IMG/VR virus record: IMGVR_UViG_3300031772_004865
Coordinates: 13,391 to 77,390 of that record
Source: a virus
DNA: 64,000 bases
Strand: one strand, 5' to 3'
The notes beneath the pieces are model-generated. The model ran no database searches, was not told where the DNA came from, and worked only from the letters and a program-made list of their open reading frames with translations. Each line of letters begins with the position of its first letter. Position 1 is the stretch's first letter. Below, one piece after another: positions 52,850-63,257 of this stretch. The position numbers and the translations under genes are program-made.

Positions 52850-54604
52850 ATGAACATACAGGACATGTTTTATGGGCGAATGTTAGATATGCTTCTTTGG
52901 ACAAAAGCTATAACTGTATCCCAAGATTTCCATACTCAATGTGGATATGTGGATGATGTAATTTCTAATGACATAACGGGAATAGTAAACACTATTTTAG
53001 ATTATGCAATTAATTCTGCTTCTTCCGCTAATTATAAAATAGAATGTTCTAATCAAGTAGTCGAAGACATTTTAAATAAATGGTTATCTTCATTAAATGA
53101 TGAATTACTTGGTACCATTCCAACAGGAACATCTAATTTAGCTAAAGAATACTTTCAGGAATTATGGAAAGGAAGTTCACTTTGTGTATTGAGAGCAAAG
53201 GATTGGAAAGAAGTTGATTTTAGTGGGAATAAGATTTTAGTTCCCAAGGCATTATATTTTGCAAATGGTTCATCTATTTATGTTGACCGACCCGATACCA
53301 AAAATTTTAAATTAGGGTCCGATAAATATTATTTAGATTCCTCAAAAAGTGATAAAATGCAAATTCCTAATGCTAAAGAAGAAATAATTATTCAGAAAAA
53401 TGGTACTCGGTGGCATGATGAATATCCAATTCCTTATTTGGTAAGAAATGGTATTTATAAAAATCATAAAGCATTACAGGTTTTAAGTGATAAAGGCGAT
53501 GAAGTAATTACAAAAGCACTTCCTTATTTATTTTTATTAACAATGGGAAGCGAATCAATGGCTAATGCTGGAATTAATTATAAAGTAGAAGACTTAAAGA
53601 AATTTCAGACAGAATTTAAAGCAGATTTAGAAAAATACAAAGGCGAAAAAGGTAAATTACCTGCTCTCGTTGATACTTGGGATAAAAAATATTCTCATTT
53701 AATTCCCGATTTCCGCCCAATTCTTTCTCAAGATTTATTTGTACAAGGTTATCGAGCAATTTTAGCAGGATTAGGATTTATAGATTTATTGGAAATTTCT
53801 ATTTCTCGTCAGGAAACCAGATTAAATCCTAAACCATTTATTTCTAATGTAAATGCTGGAGTAGATGGATTTAAATCTATACTTACCGATTTAGCTAAAT
53901 TAATTATTATAAAAAACATTGAAAGTCATCGTAAACTTTTTAGTGAAAATAATGAAATTACTGTTGTAGCAAGTCCACTAAGAATAAATACCGAACAAAT
54001 CTTAGACATCATACGGTCAGGATTTGACCGAGGTTCATTAAGTATTCGTACTTTTATCGAATCTATGGGATTTGATTATGAAACAGAAATGACTCGCAGA
54101 CAAAAAGAATTAGATGAAGGAATAGAAGATTTAATGTATCCTCACCTTCTTCAAAATAGAGAAGATATTCCCGATAGGATGGGAATTCCTGCAAAGCCTA
54201 AAAATGATAAGAATTTAAAAAATAAAACAGGTCCAGAAAAACAAAATTTTAAAGCTGAATTAGAAGAAAAACTAATAGCAAAATGTAAAAAATGTGGACA
54301 TGAATTTGATTATCTCTCTGTTCAAGAAGCAGGAATGGGATATGTAAAATGCCCTAAATGTGAAGAAGCAGTTACTCAAGAAGACTTGATTGATTCTTCT
54401 TTAAAAGAAGATTTAGAAATAGCACCATATACTAAAACTAATTATCCTTCTTATTTAAATAAATATCCTGAAGGAGCTAGAAACGTTTGGATAAGTACTT
54501 GGAATAGTGTTTATGAAAAAACTCACGATGAAGCAAAGGCATTTAAAATTGCTTGGAGTGCATTACAAAAATATATGAATAAATTAAAAGAAGATAAAAA
54601 ATAA
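52850..54604 (+). CDS. Portal protein with C-terminal Zn ribbon and ChaB-like domain
   Basis: Position after TerL, size; G.LS.RT..E..G.D...E..R; tail YPEGARNVW...WNS......DEAKAFKIAWSA. Confidence 0.7.
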   Translation: MNIQDMFYGRMLDMLLWTKAITVSQDFHTQCGYVDDVISNDITGIVNTILDYAINSASSANYKIECSNQVVEDILNKWLSSLNDELLGTIPTGTSNLAKEYFQELWKGSSLCVLRAKDWKEVDFSGNKILVPKALYFANGSSIYVDRPDTKNFKLGSDKYYLDSSKSDKMQIPNAKEEIIIQKNGTRWHDEYPIPYLVRNGIYKNHKALQVLSDKGDEVITKALPYLFLLTMGSESMANAGINYKVEDLKKFQTEFKADLEKYKGEKGKLPALVDTWDKKYSHLIPDFRPILSQDLFVQGYRAILAGLGFIDLLEISISRQETRLNPKPFISNVNAGVDGFKSILTDLAKLIIIKNIESHRKLFSENNEITVVASPLRINTEQILDIIRSGFDRGSLSIRTFIESMGFDYETEMTRRQKELDEGIEDLMYPHLLQNREDIPDRMGIPAKPKNDKNLKNKTGPEKQNFKAELEEKLIAKCKKCGHEFDYLSVQEAGMGYVKCPKCEEAVTQEDLIDSSLKEDLEIAPYTKTNYPSYLNKYPEGARNVWISTWNSVYEKTHDEAKAFKIAWSALQKYMNKLKEDKK

Positions 54605-55257
54605 TGGCAACTCAGAAATGGTTAGAAGAACACAAAAAACCATGTATTGACTGCGGAATATTAGTTTCATATAGAAGTTTGAGATGTTATTCTTGTGATA
54701 ATAAAAATAAATATAACTTAGGATTAAAGATACCCTGGGAAGGTAAATTTCAAAATATAGTTACTAAAGAATTATTAATTGAGTTATATGTAAACCAAAA
54801 GAAAAATATATTGGAAATCTCTAAAATATATAACTGTGGTAAAAGTACAATTGCTAATTATTTAAAAAAATATGGAATACCATTAATTCCTTGGATAAGA
54901 AAATCTTGGATAGAAAGTATGACAGGAGAAAATTCTCCCAAATTTGGTAAACTTCCTTCTCATGGGAAAAAGATAAAATATAAAGGTATTTGGATGCGTA
55001 GTAGTTGGGAAGTTGCCTATGCCAAATGGTTAGATGAGAAAGAAGTTAAATGGCAGTATGAATCTGAGACTTTTAATTTAGGTAAATGTACTTATACTCC
55101 AGACTTTTATTTACCTGAAACAGATACTTACATCGAAATAAAAGGTTGGTGGAGAGATAATGCTAAAAAGAAATTTAATTTATTTAAAAAATTATATCTT
55201 TTTAAAAAGATTACAGTTTTACAAAAACAAGATTTGAAACAAATGGAGGTTTTATAA
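54604..55257 (+). CDS. Zn-ribbon/HTH PD-(D/E)XK endonuclease
   Basis: MRSSWEVAYAKWLD...YTPDFYLP..IEIKG, near-identical to 20755-21435. Confidence 0.8.
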   Translation: MATQKWLEEHKKPCIDCGILVSYRSLRCYSCDNKNKYNLGLKIPWEGKFQNIVTKELLIELYVNQKKNILEISKIYNCGKSTIANYLKKYGIPLIPWIRKSWIESMTGENSPKFGKLPSHGKKIKYKGIWMRSSWEVAYAKWLDEKEVKWQYESETFNLGKCTYTPDFYLPETDTYIEIKGWWRDNAKKKFNLFKKLYLFKKITVLQKQDLKQMEVL

Positions 55258-56945
55258 TGAAAAAAACATGTAATAATAAACTATTGGCTGCTTCATTAAT
55301 GGAATGGACTTTAAATTCAGAAACTACATTTATAGAAGCTAAAGATAACAAAGAATTAATCGAAATCGCTAAAAAATTTGAAATAGTTATTCCGAGTCCA
55401 GACCTAGCTTTATTTAAAACAATTTATGCAGAGATAGATAAAGTAAATTTAAATAATGTAATTCTTCCTAAAAAAGCAGTAGAAGAAGGATTACCAACTC
55501 TTCGAGCAAAGCAAGTTAATTGGAACCATGAAGGTGCACATCAAATTGCAGGACACATCCTAGATGCCAAAATAGAAAATAATAAAATTATAATTTATGG
55601 AGTATTATTTAAATCATTATTTCGTGAAGAATTTGCTACTGTTGAAAAACTTTTTGCAGAAAAAAAATTATTTGTTTCTTATGAAATTTATAATCGAGAT
55701 GAAAGTGGTAATTCAGTTATCCACGATTTAGGAAATGGAATACGAAGTGTTTCTCCAATAATTTTTCATGGATGTGGTATGTTATTATTAGATGAAAATA
55801 CAGGGAAACCTATTCCTCCAGCATGTCCTAATGCAATGGTAACTTTATTAGCTAATAAGAAAGTAATTGAAGAAGCAGAACAAATAATCGATAAGGTATT
55901 TGAAAAAGATAGTCGACTTATTTATGCAGAATTAATTGCTATTGAAGAGCAAGAACCCTGCACCAGGTGTAAAACCTGTACTTGTTTTGAAAAGGAGGAC
56001 AAAAACATTATGGCAGAAGAAATAAAGATTGAAAATGGTCCAAATGAATTAATTGAAGATGATTATGAAGGTGGAGAAATTGAAGATGCAAAAAAATTAA
56101 CAACTGAACAGAGAAACGCATTACCTGATAGTGATTTTGCGTTGATTCAAGAAAAAGACGGAAAAAAGATTCGTAGATTTCCAATCAATGACGAAGCACA
56201 TGTTAGAAATGCTCTTGCCCGTTTACCACAGGCAAAGGACATCTCTGAAGAGGAAAAGAAATCAGCATTAGCAAAAATCCTCAAGAAAGCAAAAGAATTA
56301 AACATGACTGAGTTGTTAAAGAAATATGAAAAAGCTGAAGAAGTTATTGAAGAACCGAAAAAAGAAGAAATTAAAATAGAAGAAATAAAAATCGAAGAGA
56401 CTCAAGCTGCTGAAGTCAAACCCGAAGAGGTTGTGAAGACCACACCCGAAGAGACTAAAGTTGAAGCCGAAGTCAAACCCGAAGTTGTAGCACAAGTAGC
56501 AGAAACACCTGTTACTGAAATAAAATTAGTAAAAGAAGTGGTACAAGAATCTGTAATTACTACTTACATTCCAAAAGAAGATGGTACAGGAAATACATCG
56601 GAACGTAAAGGCGAAAGAAAAACAACTCGCTATTATTCTGATGGTAAAGAGGAAGTAAGTACAGAGGAATATACAGTTGTAGATACTTATTCTTTAGCAC
56701 AATTAGAAGAAAAAGTTAATATTGTTAAAGCAGAAAAAGATATTGAAATTACAAATCTAAAAAATGAACTTGCTGCGAAAGCACAAGAGATTGTAGAATT
56801 AACTAAACCTAAAGTTGAAATAGCAAAGGTTGAAAAACCCGAATTAGATGTTGGTAATGTTGAAAAAGCAAAAGATGATAAATACAAAAAAATTCATGAT
56901 GAAGTAAATGAAAGAGCATTTGGAAAGAAAAAAGATAAGAAATAA
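55257..56945 (+). CDS. Prohead protease/scaffold protein
   Basis: VNWNH...GHI...VSYE protease-like; LT..QRNALPDSDFA...FPI.D.AHVRNALAR domain; acidic scaffold tail. Confidence 0.7.
   Translation: MKKTCNNKLLAASLMEWTLNSETTFIEAKDNKELIEIAKKFEIVIPSPDLALFKTIYAEIDKVNLNNVILPKKAVEEGLPTLRAKQVNWNHEGAHQIAGHILDAKIENNKIIIYGVLFKSLFREEFATVEKLFAEKKLFVSYEIYNRDESGNSVIHDLGNGIRSVSPIIFHGCGMLLLDENTGKPIPPACPNAMVTLLANKKVIEEAEQIIDKVFEKDSRLIYAELIAIEEQEPCTRCKTCTCFEKEDKNIMAEEIKIENGPNELIEDDYEGGEIEDAKKLTTEQRNALPDSDFALIQEKDGKKIRRFPINDEAHVRNALARLPQAKDISEEEKKSALAKILKKAKELNMTELLKKYEKAEEVIEEPKKEEIKIEEIKIEETQAAEVKPEEVVKTTPEETKVEAEVKPEVVAQVAETPVTEIKLVKEVVQESVITTYIPKEDGTGNTSERKGERKTTRYYSDGKEEVSTEEYTVVDTYSLAQLEEKVNIVKAEKDIEITNLKNELAAKAQEIVELTKPKVEIAKVEKPELDVGNVEKAKDDKYKKIHDEVNERAFGKKKDKK
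56010..56945 (+). CDS. Nested in-frame scaffold protein (internal start Met252)
   Basis: AAAGGAGGACAAAAACATT-ATG in frame within 55257-56945. Confidence 0.65.
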   Translation: MAEEIKIENGPNELIEDDYEGGEIEDAKKLTTEQRNALPDSDFALIQEKDGKKIRRFPINDEAHVRNALARLPQAKDISEEEKKSALAKILKKAKELNMTELLKKYEKAEEVIEEPKKEEIKIEEIKIEETQAAEVKPEEVVKTTPEETKVEAEVKPEVVAQVAETPVTEIKLVKEVVQESVITTYIPKEDGTGNTSERKGERKTTRYYSDGKEEVSTEEYTVVDTYSLAQLEEKVNIVKAEKDIEITNLKNELAAKAQEIVELTKPKVEIAKVEKPELDVGNVEKAKDDKYKKIHDEVNERAFGKKKDKK

Positions 56946-56989
56946 AATATAAAAAGATAAGTAACAAAATTTTTTAGGAGGATACAAAC

Positions 56990-57934
56990 ATGGCTGACAG
57001 ACCTACAATTGAAATAGCAAGAATTATAGGTTCCCCTATTGATGTTAATTTTCCTGTTCCTGCTGACTTAGTAGAAATTTGTAACATCGAACCTGTACTT
57101 CCAGTTGGAGAAAGAGTTTATACTTTCGTTCCTGATGATTCTAATGGTGTGGATACTATTTATACTTCTGGTTCAGAAGGACAGATAGTTCCAATTAAAG
57201 TAGGATTGGGTAATGTAACTGAAATTTTCCTTTCCTATATACAGTCAAAGTTAGAGTATGTATTGGTTCAGGAATTAGCAGAATCTCCCGACCAAGGTGC
57301 TTTAGCAAGACGTAAAGTTTCTATTTCTAGAGCTATGGATAAAATAGAGTTAAAAAGAGCATTAGACTTGATTTTAGCTCTTAACGGTGCTACAGGTATT
57401 CCAGACCAGTCAGTTATTAGAACAACTGGTGAGGACATCTGGGATTTAATCGTTGCTATGGTTCGTAAAGTTGAAAATTACGGTACTGACTATGTACTTT
57501 TAGCTGGTACTACTGCAAACGCAGAAATTGAAGATTATGATAAAGCCCAGGTTGGTAATTTTAATTACAAAATGGGAATTAGTGAAATGTTAGCAGAAAA
57601 AGGTATTAAAAAAATAAAGATACTTGGAAACATCAAGTTAGATAGTGGTTCTGATTTACCTATTTTAGCTGTTAATAAAATGATTTTGGTTGCTAGAAAT
57701 TCTAATCTACTTGGTGGAAAACCAATCGCCTTCGTTAGACGACAGATTAGAGATTTAGTTGCCAATGCTGGTGGAACAGTTGATGTAAAAGAAAGAGCAT
57801 TATATGTTGCTGAAACTCCTACACCTTTGTATTCTGGTACTACATTAACCCACGGATATGGTCTCTTTGGATTTGAGTCTCTTGTAGAGGCAATCTTGAA
57901 CTACAGGGCAGTTTGTTGGGCTGCAACATCATAA
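56990..57934 (+). CDS. Major capsid protein (probable HK97 fold)
   Basis: Follows the scaffold; strong RBS; 314 aa; hairpin downstream. Confidence 0.7.
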   Translation: MADRPTIEIARIIGSPIDVNFPVPADLVEICNIEPVLPVGERVYTFVPDDSNGVDTIYTSGSEGQIVPIKVGLGNVTEIFLSYIQSKLEYVLVQELAESPDQGALARRKVSISRAMDKIELKRALDLILALNGATGIPDQSVIRTTGEDIWDLIVAMVRKVENYGTDYVLLAGTTANAEIEDYDKAQVGNFNYKMGISEMLAEKGIKKIKILGNIKLDSGSDLPILAVNKMILVARNSNLLGGKPIAFVRRQIRDLVANAGGTVDVKERALYVAETPTPLYSGTTLTHGYGLFGFESLVEAILNYRAVCWAATS

Positions 57935-58004
57935 TTTTAATTTGATTAAAAGGAAGAGGTCAATTTGACCTCCTCCCCACAAAAATTAATCAGAAAGGAA
58001 TTAT

Positions 58005-58670
58005 ATGAAAACTAAAATTTGTACAAAATGCAATAAAAGAAAAAATATTAACAAATTTTATAAAAGAATAACAGGAATAATATTTTCTGAGTGCAAAGAT
58101 TGTAAGAAAGAATACAATAAAATCCATGATAAACATAAATGTTTAGATTGCGATAAATTAATTTGGAACGGGTTTGAAAGGTGCAGACATTGTGCTAGAG
58201 TTTATCAATATAAAATAAATCCAGAAACGAATACATTTTTTGGGAAAAAAGGAGACCAATCTCCTGTTTTTAAAGGTGGATGGAAAAGTTTTTGTATTGA
58301 CTGCGGTAAAAAAATAGATTTTAATGCAAAAAGATGTAGTCATCATGCTAAAATTTATTTATATAAAGACCCAAGAAATCATCCAAATTACATAAATGGG
58401 GAAAGTAATTTTCCTTATCCAATAGAATTTACTGAAAGTTTAAAAGAATCCATTCGTGATAGAGACAACCATGAGTGTCAAAATTGTAATATGACCGAAG
58501 AAGAACATCTAACAGTTTATGGTCAAGTTCTTCATGTTCATCACATAGACTATAATAAAGAGAATTGTAATGAAAATAATTTAATTAGTTTATGTGGTGG
58601 TTGTAATACCAGGGCAAATTATAATCGTAGTTATTGGACAAATTTTTATAAAGAAAAAGTATTAAAATGA
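58005..58670 (+). CDS. Zn-ribbon-array HNH endonuclease
   Basis: CQNCNMTEEEHL...HHIDYNKENC. Confidence 0.85.
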   Translation: MKTKICTKCNKRKNINKFYKRITGIIFSECKDCKKEYNKIHDKHKCLDCDKLIWNGFERCRHCARVYQYKINPETNTFFGKKGDQSPVFKGGWKSFCIDCGKKIDFNAKRCSHHAKIYLYKDPRNHPNYINGESNFPYPIEFTESLKESIRDRDNHECQNCNMTEEEHLTVYGQVLHVHHIDYNKENCNENNLISLCGGCNTRANYNRSYWTNFYKEKVLK

Positions 58671-59122
58671 TAAGACAATTAACTTTAAAAGACAAAATTT
58701 CAGTATATGATTTTATTTCTCGAACTAAGGATGTTTGGGAAGATTTTTACATTACCACTAATAAGAGTAGAGTATTTTTAAAAGGAAATTTAAAGTTAAT
58801 TGAAAAAATATTAAAGTACCAAACCGCAGTAGCACTTGAAGAATCAGGAGAAATAAAAGCAGTACTTATTATATATAGAGAGAAAACTTTTCGTCCTTAT
58901 GTTCGAATTTTATCAGAAAAAAATGATTACATTTATGATATGTTTAAGTATTTAAATTGGAATTTTAATTGCGAATTATTTATTAAGTGCAAAAAGACAA
59001 ATCCAGTTTCAAAAATAGCCCAAAAGTTTTTCTTTAATTTTATTGGCGACAGAGGTAGCGAAATTTTATTAGTTAGACAAAAAAGGGAGATTAAAAATGA
59101 CAAATCTATTAATCAAAGTTAG
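58667..59122 (+). CDS. Hypothetical protein (possible GNAT-like fold)
   Basis: MIRQLT..D start and N......K..F pattern; weak. Confidence 0.3.
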   Translation: MIRQLTLKDKISVYDFISRTKDVWEDFYITTNKSRVFLKGNLKLIEKILKYQTAVALEESGEIKAVLIIYREKTFRPYVRILSEKNDYIYDMFKYLNWNFNCELFIKCKKTNPVSKIAQKFFFNFIGDRGSEILLVRQKREIKNDKSINQS

Positions 59123-59900
59123 AGACATACTGGCGGACAATTATAAATTTAATTCAGAAACTCAAGAATATTATACTTCTAAGATTTTTTCTTTACAGGA
59201 TGCTAATATAGATTCTATTTCTTTATTAGTGTATAAGAATGGAGCAATTATACCTACAGTAAGTGCTTCTTGGACTAGAACAGGAACAGTTGTTACAATT
59301 ACAAAAACAGCACATGGACTTATTGATGGAGATGTAATAACCTTAACTATTTCTAGTGTAATAGTAGCACTACCGTTGGGAACCTATACAATAACAAAAT
59401 TAACTGCTGATACATTTACAGTAGTTGGATTAAGTGCAGGTGCAACAAGTGGAACTTGTACTTATAATAATTATTCTTATTCCACAACAAATGGAAAAAT
59501 AACTATAGTTGGAACTTTAACTGAAGGAGAAGATTCATTTACATTTACTTATAATGCCTATGAAAAATATTCGGATGCAGAATTACAAGGTTATATTAGG
59601 TCTGCTCTTTATTATTTAACTGCAGAGAAATATAAGACTTTTAAAATTTTACCTCCTACAAGTATCTTTCCGACTCCAGCAGAAGACGAAGAATGTTTAA
59701 TTGCAATAATCGCTGCGATTTTGATAAAGGGTTCTATTAGGCAATATAGGACTCCAGAAATTACTATTACATTTGGTGAAAATTTATCTACAGAGCAAAA
59801 AATAAAACAAGCAATAAATCAATTTTCTAAGACCTTTGGTACTATAGAATATACAGACCTTAGTGAAGAAATATCTGTAGAAGAGGACGATGACGACTAA
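59097..59900 (+). CDS. Head-tail adaptor-like protein with beta-rich insertion
   Basis: VRDILAD...YSDAEL..YI..AL; insertion TVVTIT..AHGL..GD. Confidence 0.55.
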   Translation: MTNLLIKVRDILADNYKFNSETQEYYTSKIFSLQDANIDSISLLVYKNGAIIPTVSASWTRTGTVVTITKTAHGLIDGDVITLTISSVIVALPLGTYTITKLTADTFTVVGLSAGATSGTCTYNNYSYSTTNGKITIVGTLTEGEDSFTFTYNAYEKYSDAELQGYIRSALYYLTAEKYKTFKILPPTSIFPTPAEDEECLIAIIAAILIKGSIRQYRTPEITITFGENLSTEQKIKQAINQFSKTFGTIEYTDLSEEISVEEDDDD

Positions 59901-60086
59901 TGCAACAACCACAGAATGTATATTTAGTTTGGGATTACTGGTTTAATAATAATACTTATTATGCTATTTATGAAAAAGAAGTAGATGGTAAGTTATATTT
60001 TTCAGAAGCAAAAGCAGAAAAACCAAAATTATTAGAAAATAAAAAGAAATCAAATTGGTTTATAAAATTATTAAAAAGGAAAAATA

Positions 60087-60464
60087 ATGGATAAAAGAAT
60101 AGAAATTTTTCGATTATTAAAACAAGAAGAAAAACTCACTAAGGTATTAATTTATTGTGCAAAGGAAACTGTAGACGACCCATATGAGAAGACCACAACC
60201 AAAAGTTTTCTTAATCCAATTACTATTGATGCTTTGGTCCGAGATATAACACCAGAATCTCTCGTATGGCGTTATTTTGGGCAAATTTTAATGGGAAGTA
60301 AAGAATTAATTTGCGAGAAAAAGCATTTAAATACTTTGAAATCAGCAGATAAAATAAAAATTGGAGATAATTATTATAAAGTAAGAAAAGATGACAGTAA
60401 AGGTTGGGCAATTCAAGAGAGACAAGATTATATCATAGTTGTAACGGAGTTAAAAAATGCCTAA
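60087..60464 (+). CDS. Head closure/stopper-like protein
   Basis: Position and size; D.IKIG..YYKV. Confidence 0.45.
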   Translation: MDKRIEIFRLLKQEEKLTKVLIYCAKETVDDPYEKTTTKSFLNPITIDALVRDITPESLVWRYFGQILMGSKELICEKKHLNTLKSADKIKIGDNYYKVRKDDSKGWAIQERQDYIIVVTELKNA

Positions 60465-60990
60465 TGGAAGTTTTCAAGTAACAATTACTAAAATAGGTAA
60501 AGACCCAGTACAATGGATAAGAGAAGTTACTACAAGAATTTATCCAGAAGTACAAAATCAAATAGTTCTCCAAGCAGAAATTACTGCAGAAATAATGAAA
60601 ACTATATTATTAAATTCTGGTTATAAATTAGAAAAATTAGCAAATGCAATAAATGTAGATGTTTTAAATTCTACAGCAGGAGTAAGTGTAGGAATAGGTC
60701 GTATAGATGGGATGCCTGTAGGTGTTAGTGGAAATCATTATTACGAGGCATTTAATGATGGATTTAAAGTAACTCAAGCAAATGTTGGCTATTTTGGAGA
60801 TAGTTTTCGTGCTCCAGAATCAGGTGGTTGGGGAGAAACATGGCATCATACAGGAAAAGGTTCTGGATTTCATTTAATGCAACCAAATAAAGTAATTGAC
60901 CCTCTTAGATTTATTGATATGGGGTATGATTCTTTAAAAAGAAATATTGGAGAACAAATTGATAAATATATGGAGGAACTAGGGAGATAA
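60457..60990 (+). CDS. Tail completion / neck protein
   Basis: Position in the neck module. Confidence 0.4.
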   Translation: MPNGSFQVTITKIGKDPVQWIREVTTRIYPEVQNQIVLQAEITAEIMKTILLNSGYKLEKLANAINVDVLNSTAGVSVGIGRIDGMPVGVSGNHYYEAFNDGFKVTQANVGYFGDSFRAPESGGWGETWHHTGKGSGFHLMQPNKVIDPLRFIDMGYDSLKRNIGEQIDKYMEELGR

Positions 60991-60991
60991 C

Positions 60992-61462
60992 ATGTATAGA
61001 AATTATAGAAATATCGAGGCTTCACTAATAGATTATATTACTTATGAATTAGCACATGCTAGTCCTCCTTGGATAATTCGTGTTGAAAAATCTTTTGCAG
61101 AAGTATATAAAGGAACCCTTCCTTGTATTTGTATAAGTGAAGAAGATTCAGATGTTAAACGAAGAGAAATAGGAAGTAATTCTTATTGGGAAGATATTTT
61201 AGTTTCTATTAGAATTTTTGCTACTTCCGATGGACAGAGATTGGATTTAGCTGCTTGGATGCTTTCAAAAATTATGCCAGGAACTAATTATTATGAATAT
61301 ACAATTACTAACGGAGTAGTTTCTTCTAAAACTTTAAAAGGTACTATAAATGTATTATCAATAACTGCAAACAGAAAAGAATTGCGAGCAACTGATAATT
61401 TAGATGTTATGGACCGATATAGACACATACTGTCTTTCAAAGTAAGAGTAGCATTAAGTTAA
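60992..61462 (+). CDS. Tail terminator-like protein
   Basis: LPCICI motif; position before the tail tube. Confidence 0.5.
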   Translation: MYRNYRNIEASLIDYITYELAHASPPWIIRVEKSFAEVYKGTLPCICISEEDSDVKRREIGSNSYWEDILVSIRIFATSDGQRLDLAAWMLSKIMPGTNYYEYTITNGVVSSKTLKGTINVLSITANRKELRATDNLDVMDRYRHILSFKVRVALS

Positions 61463-61472
61463 GGAGAATAAT

Positions 61473-61688
61473 ATGATTGCTATTATTAAAGAATATTTGC
61501 CTTTAATTGTTTTAGGATTTAATGTTGCTATGTTTATAGTTATAAAATTTAATGATATGCATCATCTTCAATTACGTTTTGATGAATTAGTAAAAAAATT
61601 AGATGGAATAGATAAAAAATTAGATTCCGATTCTGAACGTATTGCTAATATGGAAGGAAGATGTTCTGCAAATCATCCTAAAATATAA
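61473..61688 (+). CDS. Small TM plus coiled-coil protein (holin-like)
   Basis: One TM then heptads ending ERIANMEG. Confidence 0.45.
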   Translation: MIAIIKEYLPLIVLGFNVAMFIVIKFNDMHHLQLRFDELVKKLDGIDKKLDSDSERIANMEGRCSANHPKI

Positions 61689-61888
61689 ATAAAAAAACTA
61701 ATGATAAAGATAGAAATTATTGAATTAAGTATTTCCAAGATAAAATAATTAGTAAGGTAATTGAAATAAAAAAGATAACTTAGTAAGGAATAAGATAATA
61801 TCTGTTTTTAGGGCTATGAAGAGTCCAAAAACCAAAAACAGAGGGCTTATGAAGAGCCTAAAACAAAATTTTTTAGGAGGATACAAAT

Positions 61889-63142
61889 ATGGATAGTATG
61901 ATACATGCGAAACTTTGTCAACCACGTATTTTTCCACAAAATAGTGCGAGACAACCTGAACAAATTAATCGAGCCCAGGACATCGGTGGAGACCTAACGC
62001 TTTCTCAAGATAAACTTTTTGAAATAGGTAGAGATGGAAAATTAGGAGTAAAGAAAAATATTCCTACATTAGCTTATCCTTTAACTCAGTATGAATATGG
62101 GTCAATGGATTTTTGGTATGCTTTAGCCAATGTAATAAATCCTGTAACAGGAGCCGATAAATTTATTGAGTTAGATGATTTAACTACTACAATGGTAGAA
62201 ATTTCTGCTTATTTAACGGATGAGGATAATATTTTTAAGGGAACTATTTGGTTTCCTAAATTAAGAGTTGCTGGATTTTCTTTAAATATTGGAGACCCAA
62301 ATGCTGCAGTTCAGAGAAAGTTTGATTTAGTTGGTGAAGATTTTAAAATTTTACCTACAAAGTATTTTGCTTATGCAGAAGGTACAGTTGGAGTATTAGG
62401 AACAGGAGTAGATTATACTCTTCATTTTGGTGCAACTGGAGAAGCCCCTATACCTATTGCTTATTCTGCTACTGAATACATTTTCAAAGTATTAAGAATT
62501 AGAAGTGGAATATGTACTGAATTAGTAGAAACTTTAGATTGGAGTTATTCCGACGGTACAAAATTATTAACAGTATTGAATTGTTTGACAAGTGATTTAA
62601 TAAAGGTTTATTATGAAGCTGCGACTGCTTATGCAACTTTATGGGCAGATAACAATACTGACCCAGATGCTTTATTTGCAGAAGATTGTGTAATTTACAT
62701 GAAATGCGGTAATGGTACTGAATCAAAGATTTATCTTTTACAAAGTGTTGGAATTGATGTGGCTTTGGAAAGAGATGATAAGAAACAAATTGGCAGTACA
62801 GAAGTAGCTCAGACAGGTGTAAAAGGTAAAACAGTAACAGTAAAATTAGATAGATTTAATGCTGGTTTTTCACTTGAAACTCTTTTGGCATCTGATACAG
62901 TTTATCCTTATATTAACCCAAGAGATTTTAGTGATGAAATTCAGTTGAGAGTTGAGATTTACAAAAAGGTATCGGGGGTGGCTGTCTTTGCTATGGGATA
63001 CCTAATTACAGGATTATCTCCTACTGCTCTCGGAACTAGCCAGGCTATAGAAGACTACAACAAGGTAACTAACAGTTTAGAGTCAGATAATTTGAAGATT
63101 TCTTCTGACCTTACTGAATTAGCATTTATTACAATACCATAA
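61889..63142 (+). CDS. Major tail tube-like protein
   Basis: Same leader as the capsid gene; beta-rich with two E.(I)G repeats; follows the neck module. Confidence 0.6.
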   Translation: MDSMIHAKLCQPRIFPQNSARQPEQINRAQDIGGDLTLSQDKLFEIGRDGKLGVKKNIPTLAYPLTQYEYGSMDFWYALANVINPVTGADKFIELDDLTTTMVEISAYLTDEDNIFKGTIWFPKLRVAGFSLNIGDPNAAVQRKFDLVGEDFKILPTKYFAYAEGTVGVLGTGVDYTLHFGATGEAPIPIAYSATEYIFKVLRIRSGICTELVETLDWSYSDGTKLLTVLNCLTSDLIKVYYEAATAYATLWADNNTDPDALFAEDCVIYMKCGNGTESKIYLLQSVGIDVALERDDKKQIGSTEVAQTGVKGKTVTVKLDRFNAGFSLETLLASDTVYPYINPRDFSDEIQLRVEIYKKVSGVAVFAMGYLITGLSPTALGTSQAIEDYNKVTNSLESDNLKISSDLTELAFITIP

Positions 63143-63224
63143 TTAAAAAATAAGAGGGAGCACTTAATCGTCTCCCTCCCAAAAGAAATAAATTGTAAGG
63201 TAAGGAATGGAAAATAAAATTCGC

Positions 63225-63257
63225 AGAGCCATCCTATCTTACTGGATGGCTTTTTTG
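63225..63257 (+). terminator. Intrinsic terminator
   Basis: AGCCATCC-N9-GGATGGCT plus T run. Confidence 0.75.

Noticed and set aside
49928-62726. Minus-strand and overlapping ORFs in the right arm
   Set aside because: Antisense shadows of structural genes
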